From the NCBI GenBank assembly GCA_053919585.1, contig CM132788.1: a stretch of DNA of 64,000 bases; one strand, written 5' to 3'. The notes below the pieces were generated by a model. The model was not told the DNA's origin, did not search any database, and saw only the letters and a list, made by a program, of their open reading frames with translations. The stretch's first letter is position 1. Each line of letters starts with the position of its first letter. Positions 22,201 to 34,707 of this stretch are shown here, piece after piece. The stretch is from Euprymna scolopes. Taxonomy: Eukaryota. The position numbers were made by a program, and so were the translations under genes.

Positions 22201-23875
22201 TTCAAAACATTATCACTTTTAATATTTTTTATTAAATATTTTTTATAAAATATTTTTTACTTAAAAGTAAAACAGAATTTATTTTATTTAAAGTGATGAT
22301 TTTTTAATTATCATTTTAAATAAAATAAATTTTGTTTTACTGTTAAGTAAAAAAATATTTTATTAATGATAATTTTTTACATTTCAATAAAAGTAAGAGT
22401 TTTTATTACTTCATTAAATGTTATAATTTTTTATTTTATAAGTTATAATTATTATATATAAATGTTATAATAATTTTTATATTTTATAAGTTATAATTAT
22501 TATATATTGATTAACATTTTATGAGTAATGATATTAATATTATTACTTATAAAATATAAATTAATATATATTGAATTTTAAAAGTAATAATTATTAATAT
22601 ATTATTAAAAATGATAATTTTTTTACTTCATTAAAAGTTATAAGTTTTACATGTTATTAAATATACTAATTTTTTTTATATTTAATTACCAATCATTTTT
22701 TATATTTAATTAAAAGTAATAATTTATTATATTTAATTGAAAGTGATAATTTCTTTTATTTCATTAATAATAATTAATAAAATTATTTTATTTCATTATT
22801 TTCTTTCATTAATAATAATTAATGATAATTCTATTTTATTAAAAATGACGCTTTATTTATTTCATAAATATAATTATATTTTATATTTCATTTTATTTCT
22901 AATGAAAAATATTTCTAATAATAATTAATAAAAGTCTTTTATTTCATTCTTTTATTGCATTAATATATGATAAACTGACGATTTATTTATTTCATAAATA
23001 TAATAATATTTCATTAAATTTGATAATTTTCTTTATTTCATTATAAGTTGTAACTTATAATTTATTTATTATGAATCATTAATAATGATATTTTTTATAT
23101 TCCTTGGAAAGTGATAATTTCTTTATTTCATCAGATTAATAATTTTTTATTCTTCATTTTTTGGTAATTTTTTATTTCATTTAAAATGATAATTTTTTAT
23201 GCTTCATGAAAAATGATAGTTTCTATTTCATTAAAAATGATAATTGTAAATTTCATTAAAAGCGAAAATTTTTATATTTCAAAACAATAATCATTTTTAT
23301 ATGTAAAAAATGAGTATTTTTTATATTATTAAAAAGTGATAATTTTTTATATCATTAAGTATTTTTTTACAAAAAAATACTCATTAAAAATGATGTTTTT
23401 TTTAAATTCATTAGAAGTTATAATTTTTATATTTGATGAAAAGTTAAAATTTGTTTATACCATTAAAAGTGATCATTTTTTATATTTCATTCAAAGTTAT
23501 AACTTTTTAAAAAGTTTTAATCTTGATATTTCATTAAGAGATTGTTTTTATATTTTATTAAAGGTGTTTTTTTTATATTTAATGAAATATGGCATGAAAA
23601 GCACTTTTAATTAAATATAAAAAAAAATGAAAATAAAAAGTTACAATTTGTAATCAAATATAAATTTTGGATTTTTATATTTCATTAAAAGTGATATTTT
23701 TTATGTCATAATTTTTATATTTCATTATAATGATGAATTTTTATATTGCATTAAGTGATACTTTTTTATATTTCATTAAAAGCTATAGGTATTATATTTC
23801 ATTCAAAATGATAATTTTTATATTTCATTAAAATTTATAATTTTTTTAATACATTAAATGTCATAATTTTTATTC
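19250..23875 (+). repeat. Degenerate AT-rich satellite, unit about 27-30 bp (TTTTTATATTTCATTAAAAGTGATAAT)
   Basis: Motif recurs throughout with local inversions; extremely low GC. Confidence 0.88.
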
Positions 23876-24454
23876 TGAGCGTATTAGTTTTTTCCATTTT
23901 CCGAGGTTTCTTAAAGAGAAAAAATATAAATATCAAGTCAACACGATTGATCTCAAAATTGATATCTTTTTGTAGAAAAGTTTCCATTGAAAAAAATTAT
24001 TAAATATTTTGACATATTTTGAATTTTGTAAGGTCTCTTTTGGTTGATTGATTGTAAAAACCCTTGGCATTTTATTATTATTTTATTTATTTATTGGCAA
24101 TTCTCGTTACTCTTGCTTCCTCTTATTTGTCTCTCAGTCCTCATTTCCAATGAGTAATGTTTCTGACAAAGGGTGAAGAAAAAGCTGCTCTCGAGGTGTC
24201 CTGAGATGTCGAAAATTTTCTGTTCCTGTGGCCATGTAAGTAAGGGTTGCTGGAGGTTTCATCTGGGCTGACGTTATCCAAACCTTAGATTAGATTGGAG
24301 TAAGGAGGCCGTCCTATCAGCTGGTGCAAAATACTGTATTGCATTTGGTGAATGGACTCTGGACTATTCTAGTGAGGCCTCTTGATGCCATACTAGTGGG
24401 TAATTGTTATGGCTACAAAAAAAAATGAAAATAAATCCTCTCTTTTTCTCTTAT

Positions 24455-26101
24455 TGTAACACCAAAGAGGGGCCACATCAGATCAGTAGGGTCGATGTGA
24501 CGTTTTTGTTAAAGGTGATAATCAATCCCGGGCGAACACCGGTTACAAAAAAAAAAATAATTTTTTTTGTTAATATTTTTATGTATCAAAATCTTGTTGT
24601 TGAAATACCATACGGTCGGGGGATAGAAGTGGAGGTCGCCTGCTGAACTTCAAAGCGAAAGATCACTTAAAACAATAATAAATGCTTTAGCCAAAATGGA
24701 TAGAATGATAACTTCAAAAAAACATGTTTTGTTTCAAGTCGAGCGACGGTGACAAATTCCGAATCAGAGCTTTGAAATGTCGGTTGGCTTGAAATGTGTT
24801 GGTTGACAAGTGAAATGTCGGACCGTTTTTGATCTGAGAAACACACACACACACACACGTAATTGTTGGCCTCACAAAATATATTTGTGACAAGATCAAA
24901 ACAAAAGATAAATAAATTCTTTGGAGTTAAAATTTAACACACGCATTTGTCGGCTTCAAAGAATGTTTTTTTCGAATCAAATATTAACTGATTCGGGTGA
25001 CTATGATAAAGCCATTTGAAATTTAGATCAAGAGATTTTTCGGTTTCCCATAACATATTTTGTCGGGATGTTGACAGAACAAATAAATTCAAAGGGGAAA
25101 GAATATCAAACGGATATTTTTAAATAGATGAAAGCTGGTGATCTATTACAAGCTAAACAATAATATTTCCTCTGATTATCAGTTGATAATACGAAAAAAA
25201 CCATTATAAAGAAGGCGGGGTCAGACAAGTTGGGGAGGAGTCAATTTGATTTTGGAAATTGGGGCGGAAAAATAATACCTGCCACAGGCCAAATTGACCA
25301 ATGAGAAGGAATCAGGTGGATTGTTATCCATCAATTTGATTGGTCGAAGACGAACGTAGGCGTCGTCATTATTCAAGGGTTTTACTATATAAGATCTGTA
25401 AAACTCGATTTAATCAGATTCGGCAGAGAGATAGATAGGAGCAGAGTTAGAAGAAGAGAGAAGACAGAGATAAAGGTCTCGGTAGAGGACTCCAGCCACC
25501 CAACTTATCTCTCCCCCCTCTCTGGTCGCCAGAGAGCTCAATTTGCAACTTAATAGAATCCAAAGGACCTAGGAAGAGACCGGCCAGAACACCTTAACGA
25601 TAATTACAACAGTCCGCGACTCCGACTGAGTATTTTAACAACAAGAAGCTCATTCACAAATCTAATTGCTTGCTTCCATTTAATCTTCAATTGTACATAT
25701 GTCTGTAGATAATCATTTATGAATTTCCTAAATACATTATATATCAACCAACCTCCGGAGTTTGTTTGCTGATGTGCTGTTGTTCCATGTAATTTTAATT
25801 CTTTTACTTGCCACTTGTGACCCCGTTCCCGTCAACGAACACCCAGTCAACAGGACGACCAACTAGACGATCAAGAACAGGCCTTGAGGACCGTGCAACC
25901 GAGAAGAGTCCTCCAACGCCTAGACGAGGACTCACTGGGTGACGCGACGTACCAACGGTTGGCAGACCTGGTTGCCCAGTCGACATAATTAATTACCAGG
26001 TGACTAGGATAGTCATAATTGGGCATCGACCCAGGGTTAAGATCATAACTGGGCCGCGATCAGAGGTTCAAGGTCGTGTAAGGTCACGTTTCAAGGCCAC
26101 A
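24455..26101 (+). repeat. 5' LTR of element B (1647 bp)
   Basis: TGTAAC...CCACA; CCAAT motifs near 25300-25345 and TATATAA at about 25386; first about 940 bp match 34708-35544. Confidence 0.88.
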
Positions 26102-26103
26102 TC

Positions 26104-26121
26104 TGGTGCCGTGACCAGGAT
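26104..26121 (+). promoter_or_regulatory. Primer binding site, tRNA-His type
   Basis: TGGTGCCGTGACCAGGAT 2 nt after the LTR-terminal CA. Confidence 0.85.
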
Positions 26122-26454
26122 CTTGACCCTGAAAGGTTTCTACGGCACATCAACCGGAGAGAAGGATCAGAAGAAAAAACCACGGCACAACGTCTGTTAA
26201 GGAGAGGAAATCATAAACTACGACACGACGTCATCGAAATTTAAGGAGTGAATCAACCCAGAAAAAAAAAAACTATGACCACACAGCATCTTAGGAGGAG
26301 AGAACCAATCAACACCAAAAACTACCACGGCAGAACGTCTTGAAAAAAAAAAATCGCAAACTACGACATTGAACATTAGAAACTTCTTGAGCATATATCT
26401 ACAGACCTCGAACTACGGGAACTCGACCCTCGGAACCTGAAGCGAAGCGGGATA

Positions 26455-26463
26455 TAGGTGAGA
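26455..26463 (+). promoter_or_regulatory. Putative leader splice donor (TAG|GTGAGA)
   Basis: Consensus-like donor between PBS and gag ATG. Confidence 0.45.
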
Positions 26464-26551
26464 CCCTCTTATTTTTCTTGTGATTTTTTGACTTGGGTTT
26501 TTCTCGCAGTGGTTTGGGGGCGCCTGGAGGCATTAATTTTAAAAACAAAGA

Positions 26552-27986
26552 ATGTCTGAAACGGGTGAGAGGAAGAGTGAGGCTTTAGGGGGAGTAGAGA
26601 GGGTGGCAACGGAGACTAGGGCGGTTTCGGATGGCGCCCTGGGAGAAGGACGGAAGAAGGAAGTCCCAGACGTCCAACCAGAGGGGGAGGTGACTAAAAT
26701 TGAGACTAGGAGGGCGGAGTCGCTGGAAACATCCGCGACGGAGTGGTTAGATAGAATCCAGGAGCGGATAGATAGCACCTAGTTGACGGAGGAAGAGAGG
26801 CCAGGGTCTCCAAGGGTGACAGAGAATTTCCGGGCTTTGCTGGGAAACCTTTGGATGCGTCCCTTCAGAGGACATCCGGGGAACCTGGGCGAATGGCTAC
26901 AGGCTATACAAAAAAAAAGAATTGTGTATGGCTTGCAGGATGCAGAGACGGTCCTTCTGGCCTACGAGGCGACAGAGGGGCCAGTCTCGAGATTTATAGG
27001 GTGGAAGTTGTCTGAAAATGCCGCCTGGTCCGTACTCCGTCGGCAACTGGAGAACGAGTACTCCAGTGAAAGAACGACCATCGAGGCGATGAGGGAGTTG
27101 CTCAGACTCAGACAGAAGGCGGGTGAGGAGGTGGTAGAACTGGCCGAGAGGGTGTCGGGGTTATCAATAAGGGCGTTTCCGGAAAGCACGGTGAGGGAAA
27201 GCCGAGCCATACAGGCCATGCTGGCCAATGTGTTCGGGGAGGCCATTAGTGACGGGGACGTGAGGGCAGATGTCCTTAAAGGGAATCCTCTCAAGTTGGA
27301 GCATGCCCGGGACTTGACCCAATCAAGTGAGAGGGTGTGGACTAGAGTTTGCGCCACCCTGTCCAGAGAGTCAGGCGCGCAGGGCTCACCTCAGAGGAGG
27401 GGGCTCTCACCCAGGCGGGTCCGCCAGACCCCACCTGAGCTCAAACCGGAATCCAAAGAAAAATTGGGAAATAGGAGCCAGGCCCAACCCGGAGGCCTGG
27501 AGGTCCCGACCGGGGCGCTATCAACCGACTCCCAGAAGAGGTGAGCTAGTATGCTACCATTGCCACTTTAGGGGGCATCGAGCGAGGCAATGTCCAGCTA
27601 GGTGGGGGGCGCCGCCAGGGACGGCAGAAAATAGAAATGCAGGATTCAAGGCCGCTAGGATAGGGAACTCATCCGCGACAAGGACGAAGCAGGCGGAACA
27701 CATCAAGGAGGTTATTGAAAGAAAAGAAAGGCAGGTGAACCCCGTAAGAACGAGACCCTTTGAGTGTTGGAATTGCGGCACTGCTGGTCATATGGCCCGG
27801 AGTTGCCCGAGGCGAAGGTGTTGGAGGTGTGGACAGACAGGACACCTTAAAAGAGAGTGCCCCAAGGGTAGGGAAACCCGTTCCAGAAACAAGAGAGGCA
27901 GGTCGGAACGTGGGTGGTCAACTACGGTGCAGACGGGGATAAAAACAAGAAAGGAAACTTCCGCACCCGACCTCACCACGCTATAG
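26552..27986 (+). pseudogene. gag: gag of element B (stop at 26780, frameshift), three CCHC knuckles
   Basis: EWLQAIQKKRIVYGLQD homologous to gag A; [42 protein letters not shown]. Confidence 0.88.
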
Positions 27987-28023
27987 GTGGCAAGATCAGA
28001 AAAGGGTCAACGTTCGCCACCTG

Positions 28024-31000
28024 TTGAAGGAAGCTAGTGACCTCACCTGCGAAATGTTAATTGGTGGCCTGAGGGTGTTGGCCCTGGTGGACACAGGCGC
28101 CTCTGTATCCCTAATCAGCTCGGGGGCGTACCGACGTCTGACGGACAGGCGCATCCCGTTTACTTGCAGCTGGCCCAAGCGGATAAGACTAAACTACGCT
28201 TGGAAGGGATGGCCATCCTCCCATACAAGCTAGGACCGAGTCGAGGTCACTTAAAAGTATACGTGGCCCATGACCTGTGCGGAGATTTAATACTTGGGGG
28301 AAACTGGTTAAAGCAGCAGGGGGCGACGATAAGTTTTGACCCACCAACCCTGCGGGTAGGGGAGGTGAAGGTTCCTTTGGGAGGATCTGACCTCCCAAAG
28401 GCTTGCCCAGTGGTCATCCAGGAAGACGTAGTAATACCACCCCAGACCGTGGTGTCCGGAAAGGGGTGGATAACGAAGAAAGGACGGAAAAAGGGCGGAT
28501 GTTATCAGATAGGCCCCCCCCTCCAGTGAAGATGTATCGGGTCCAGAAGTGATGGTCAATGAGGCTGTGGTAGGTACTCAACCAGAGTATAGTCCTCTTA
28601 CTGACCAACCATGCTAACAAGACAGTAAGGATGAAGAAAGGCAGCCTTATAGGACAGGCCCATCCGATCCGTCAGGTTCAACGGGTGGAGGTCGAGAGGA
28701 CAGAAAATATCCAACCCACGGGGTTTAAGGGAAAATTTAACCCCGAGGAAATAGTGGTATCTCCCAAACATCTAGGGAGGGTGATGACAGTGTTGGAAAC
28801 CAACAGGGATATTGTCGCTATGAACAACACCGAATTGGGACAGACCAGCACTGTGACAATGGAAATAGACACTGGAGACCATCCTCCTATTAAAATGAAA
28901 CCATATCGAACCCCGATCCATAAACGGAAGATCCTGGAGGAGGCAGTGGCCGATATGTTGGAAGCCAAAATTATAGAGCCATCAGCCTCTCTGTGGAGTT
29001 TCCCGGTGGTTATTGTGGAAAAAAAAGATGGAGGCCACAGATTCTGTGTGGACTTCCGAAAGTTAAATGCCATTACTAAACCCTTGGCGGTGCCATTACC
29101 CCTTATCGACGATATTTTAGCCTTGTTAGGTAGGGCGAGGTACTTTACCACCCTGGATTTGAGGTCGGGCTATTGGCAGGTTGCCCTAGATCATAGGGAC
29201 CAAGAGAAGGCGGCCTTTACATGTCATGTAGGGCTATTTAACTTTAGGGTCATGCCATTTGGTCTTTGTAATGCGCCAGGTGTCTTTACCCAGTTGATGT
29301 CGATAGTCCTGAGGAGGCTGGAAGGGTTTGCGGTGGCATATCTAGACGACATTTTGATTTTCTCAAAGGACCGGGAGGAACACTTTAACCACCTACAGAA
29401 GGTGTTCAACAGACTACGGGAGCATAAGTTAAAGCTAAAGTTAACTAAGTGCCAGTTTCTCAGGGAAGAGACAAAGTACTTAGGATTCGTGATCAACGCT
29501 TCCGGGGTTAAACCAGACATGGTTGAGGTCATCAGGTCCCTTCCCGAACTCAGGACCGTACGCGAGGTTAGAGGTTTCATTGGCATGATTGGTTACTATC
29601 GGCGATTTATACCGGCTTTTAGTAGGCTAGCCAGTCCTATTATAGCCCTCACCAAGAAATATGCCCGTTATAGATGGACGGATGATTGTCAGAGGGCATT
29701 TGAGGCCCTGAAGGATCAACTAATTGCCATACCCCTTCTGGCGTACCCGGACCTTAACCAACCTATGGTTCTTTATACGGACGCCAGCGAGACATGTATA
29801 GGGGTAGTGCTGACACAGCCGTGTCCAGAGAAGGATGGGCCAGTGCCGGGTATACTAGGGGAAGTTCCAATATATTTCCTCTCCCACAAGCTGTCGGAGA
29901 CCCAACAGTGGTGGACCGTGACGGAAAAGGAGGCGTATGTGATAGTCTACGCGGTCCAAAAGTTAAACTATTTTTTGAATGGGGCCGAGTTTTCAGGCCC
30001 TGAAGTACTTGTTTGAGGCCGACTGGACCAATAAGAAGATCAAGCAGTGGGCCCTTAAATTGTCCGGCTATCGTTGTAAGATAGAGTATTTGGCCGGCAA
30101 GGACAACACCTGTGCCAACCTATTATCACGGATTCCGGAGAAGTTGGAATCGGAGGCGGTCCGACTGGATCCGGGGGTGGACGATAGGGCCTTCCAGGTT
30201 GGAATAATAAATTCTCAGGCCTTAAAAGATAGGCCGGACTGGAGCGACAGTGGGTCGGAGGGACCCACTGTCCTGGCAGATCCCCATTGGACCAGGGAGA
30301 TCTACAGGGGCCAAAAGGACCCCGAGCTAGCGAAACTTAGAGAAAAGGTGGAGGAGGGGCAGACTCAAAAGTATACCCTCCAAAATGGAATACTTCATCA
30401 TATCACAGATAGGGACGGGGAGATTAGCTTGTGACTCGTGGTACCTACCAACCTGAGGAGGGAAGTACTGGAACAGACCCACGAGAGCGCTGGGCATTTA
30501 GGGTGCGAAAAGACATACCAGTTAATCTACCAAAACTACTATTGGCCGGGGATGGTCAAGGAGTGGGTAAATCAATGCGTCCTGTGTCAGGCGCAAGGTA
30601 GGAAGCAAATTCGCGCACCCCTAGAGGAAACATTCCAGAAGCTGAGTCTGGACATTTCTGGTCCATACCCAATGACGGAGAGAGGAAATCGGTATATAGT
30701 GAGTATCGTGGACTGGCTCACTAATTGGCCTGAGGCTTATGCAGTTCCCGATAAGAAGGCCCAAACTGTAGTAGACCTGATACTGGGAGAACTTTACCCA
30801 AGATACGGGGCCCCCGAACAGCTAGTCACAGATAACGGGCCAGAAAACTTGTTTGAGGCCGACTGGACCAATAAGAAGATCCAGCAGTGGGCCCTTAAAT
30901 TGTCCGGCTATCATTGTAAGATAGAGTATTTGGCCGGCAAGGACAACACCTGTGCCGACCTATTATCACGGATTCCGGAGAAGTTGGAATCAGAGTGAAT

Positions 31001-32156
31001 AGCATCATGAGGGAGGCATTGAGCAGCCTGGGTGTGAAACACATATTGACTTCCCCCTATCACCCCCAGAGCAGCGCCAAAGTGGAGCGCTTCCACAAAA
31101 CTCTGGCGGATGTACTAAGTTAGCGGCAGATAATCAGGCGAAGTGGGACCTGTTTTTAACACAGGCCCTTGCCGCCGTGAGATTTACTATGAATGAAACC
31201 TCAGAGTTCTCGCCCTTTGAGTTAGTGTTCGGAAGGGATGTGGTCCTTCCCATAGATAATATGCTCAAGCCGCGCCGGAAGTATCTGGGGGATGAGCATC
31301 ACAGGTTGCTGTTGGAGCAGCAGCATAAAATGTTCGTACAGGCCCGCCGGCGCATCCAGAGAGCGCAAAAGAAGAGGAATGCTCGGGTGAACAGAGACCG
31401 AAAACCAGTGGAATTTAAAGTAGGTGACCCCGTATACTATAAGGTCCAGGTTCGAGAAGGTAAGCTGGACCGGAGATGGGCACCATACTATCGGATAGTG
31501 GAACGGACGGGGCCGGTGTCCTACGTAATCTGAGACCAGATCGCCGGAAAGGTCAAGAGGGTGCATGCCAATGACCTGAAGTTGGCTGAATTGGGGTTTG
31601 ATGAGACCCCTGTGCCGCGGAGTAAGGGCAGGAAGCCCAGGAAAGCGACATGGAGTCCGAGGTGGAGGATGAATCCGAGGAGGAGGATGATGGGTTCATC
31701 CAGGTTGATCTGGATGCGATGAGGAGAGCCATAAAGAAAGGGGATGGTGAAGGGATGAGTCAGCTCCAAAACGAACGATTGCCGGGGGGCGAACCTCTGT
31801 CAATAAAGACGCCCGTTGATAGGCAGAGTGAGACTCTTGGGGCCACCAGTAACCCCGGAGGCTTAGAGGAGTATGTTCAACCTGAAGAGCCGACAGCGGA
31901 CTGTTGGGCGGACGAGGGTGAACCTTCCTTGTCTACCCTAAGGAACGGCCTGGAAGGGGAAATGGGGATAGACGGATAGTCTGACCCCCTGGACACCCCG
32001 GTTCAAGATGAAAGCGTAGAAGACCAACCCAGCAGATCGGCGGCGCCAAAGGAGGCTGGCCGGCCGAAGTCGCCCACAGATGAGTTGCCCCTGAAGGAGA
32101 GACTAAGGGGAGCAACCGCCAAGAGAAGGGCTAGGTGGGAGGAAGTAAACCCCTAA
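28024..32156 (+). pseudogene. pol: pol of element B, with several frameshifts, stops, deletions and an internal duplication
   Basis: ALVDTGAS; RT (YLDD) and RNase H in ORF 28631-30016; integrase 30438-31533; C-terminus DELPLKERLRG matches ELPLKLRLRG of A. Confidence 0.94.
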
Positions 32157-32158
32157 GG

Positions 32159-32389
32159 ATGAGGGGGGGTGCCCCTTGGCTAGCGGTGCAACTACGAGGA
32201 AGGCGATCGGCATCGGGGGTTGTTCGGGGTTGGACCGTCTGCGTTTGTCGGTGAGGCGGGCAAGGGCCCTGTCTGGCTAGGTCGCTGCCAATGGATGGGG
32301 CGTTCCGGCGCCGGACTCCGTGATGTTCGGGCATCTGTGTGAGACGGAGCCTCCTCAAAGACGTATCACGAAGCCAGTGTAGGGAATAG
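32159..32389 (+). other. Possible decayed small basic, Cys-containing ORF between pol and env (two internal TGA)
   Basis: ATG 2 nt after the pol stop; MRGGAPWLAVQLRGRRSASGVVRGWTVCVCR*GGQGPCLARSLPMDGAFRRRTP*CSGICVRRSLLKDVSRSQCRE. Confidence 0.25.
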
Positions 32390-32496
32390 AGTTGGGGCAA
32401 GTTAATGTGATGGAGAAGTGGTAGGGAAAAAGAAAAGTTACCGAAATCGCCCTTGACTTTAATGTTAGACATATCAATCTGGTAGAATACGGTAAC

Positions 32497-32526
32497 CTAA
32501 AGAGGATCTGTTTCCTCTATTTTCAG
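32497..32526 (+). promoter_or_regulatory. Putative 3' splice acceptor for env mRNA (element B)
   Basis: CTGTTTCCTCTATTTTCAG|GT ATG. Confidence 0.62.
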
Positions 32527-32528
32527 GT

Positions 32529-34388
32529 ATGACTCGACTCGGGATGACGTACCTGATGACAATGACGATACTGGTGATGACGGCAAGAGCCCTTAGAATC
32601 GGAAAAGGGGTTATCTTCAAAAAGACTCAGTCGAAGTGGTTAGTGACGCTAGTTAGCGAATTAGGACCTGGGGAGCGAGTGGGCCAAGAATTCATGAGAG
32701 GGATTGAGCAGTTCGATTTGGCGAGACAACGCCTGGTGGCTACAGGAGGAGTATCTCCGAATCTTACAGCCTTTGGAAGAGGAAGTACGGTACTTAAAAC
32801 GCGGGTGGACGAATCACCGAAATTATCTAGGAAGAATACTTGGGGGGCGATATAGACGGGCAGTAATACCCATCATAGGTAGGAGCTCTGTTCGGTGTGG
32901 TCGCTGAGGAAGATGTCGACCGTATCCGACAGAGGTTGAGAGCCGTGGAAAACGGGCAGAAGACATTAGCCCAAGTGAATAAAGAAGGGCTCTCCATACT
33001 CAACATAACGAGAAGGGCAGTAACCGAAAATCGAGTGGCAGTGAACACCATTATCGAACAATTTGAACTCTTACAGGAAGAAGTGGTTAACGTCTCCCGG
33101 AAGATAGGTGTCTCCCGGAAGATAGTCTGAGGTGTCTATGGGGGAGATGTTTTTGCAACACTATCTCCGGGTATCAAATTTCCTGAGTCACCTAAAGCAG
33201 ACAGAGCAAGCATTAACCTTGTGGACGGCACACCTCAGAGTGCAGTTGGATGCACTGGCGTTGGGACATCTGGCTCCCAGCGTTATAACTCCAGAGCACT
33301 TGAAGGAAGTGTTGGAGGACATAGAACGGAAGTTGGGGCTGCCTATGGACCCCGAGACGGAACTATGGAAACTCGGCTGTAGTGCGCGATTAGAAGATAA
33401 GAAGATCTTAGTGTTTGTTTCTCTCCCTCTGTGGGATAGAAATAGCAAATATGAAATCTACCAAGCCATCCCCCTACCTGTTCCCTATCCGATGACCGCT
33501 CCTAAATTGAGTGTGGTGGCCAAATATCGTGTAGAGTCAGAAATTATAGCTTTTAATATGGCTAGGGACAGGTTCATGCTATTGGATAAAGAGGAGGCTG
33601 AGAAATGCCAGAGTAAAGTAAATCAGCGAGCCCGATATATGTAACAGGAGATCACGAGTTGTGTGTGCTGGCATTGTACCAGCGGGAAGAGAGTAAAATC
33701 AACCAGGTGTGCCGGGTCAAAATCGCGACTAAGAACTTATTGCCTCTGACAGACGGCACTTGGGCAGTGGCCACCCAGAGAGAAGTCGAGGGTGTGTGGG
33801 AATGCGCCCTCTGGATCCGTTAGGGTGTCTCCCCCTATGACATTAGTGGATTTGGAGAAGGGGTGTGGAGCTTATGGTAAGAGTGTGGTATTGCCTGCCT
33901 TCTATCAATCGGGACAGAGGTACCTTAACGAGATACCAGGGCTAGAAAGGGTGAACACCTATTTCCCTAATCTCACCAGTTTATGGGACCCCCTAATTAG
34001 GAAGGCTAAATTACAAACAAGGGTAAAACTTCCCGAGTTGTTAAAAGCAACTGAGGACGTCAATATAGATAGCTTACAACGTCAGTTGGACCACATAATT
34101 GAGCAAGAATCAACGAGCGACCCTCCTAAGTGGGTAATGGTGGGGGGTTTGACGGGTGGAGTAGGGGTTATAGTGATGGTAGTGATGTGTTGTTTGAAGA
34201 AGTGGATGAGTGGAAGTGAGTGTTCAAGATGCCTCTTGGTAGCCCATGGCCCTGACGGGGCAGCCCTGGTCAGGAATCACAAAAGGTCCGCATTAACCTG
34301 GCGAAGCTACAGACGAGCGGCGAGGAACCTGCCCCAACTCCACCCTTACGTGAAGTTGAACCTACTGAATATTTTTAACATTATTTAG
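32529..34388 (+). pseudogene. env: env of element B (F-type class I fusion protein), frameshifted; exact 3' end uncertain
   Basis: Signal peptide; IFKKT..SKWLVTLV matches env A; furin site RYRR then AVIPIIGR..LFGVVAEEDV; LGHLAPSVI; TM VMVGGLTGGVGVIVMVVMCCL. Confidence 0.85.
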
Positions 34389-34707
34389 TGATTTCAAATG
34401 TAGGACTTACTTGCATGCTTAATACCCCAAAAAGGAAAAAAAAAAACTTTTTTTTTTACTAATTTTTTTTTAAATTTTACAAACGAACTTTGTGCTTATG
34501 AAACCACCACCACCACGAACTGTGTTATTGAACAGTAGCCATTTATCCGAAACTATGAACTTTCCACTTCTGCATGACATGAATTTTTTGTTGTTTATTC
34601 TGCAATTAATTCTCGCTTTCAGAGTAGGCCATAATTGTATTATTAGTTGGGAGAATCTCTTTAGAGACATGGGGCGTCGTCCTCCTGTTGAGTGCATGGG
34701 GGGCGAT

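Noticed and set aside
19266-23614. Hydrophobic F/I/L-rich ORFs
   Set aside because: Low-complexity translations of the AT-rich satellite.
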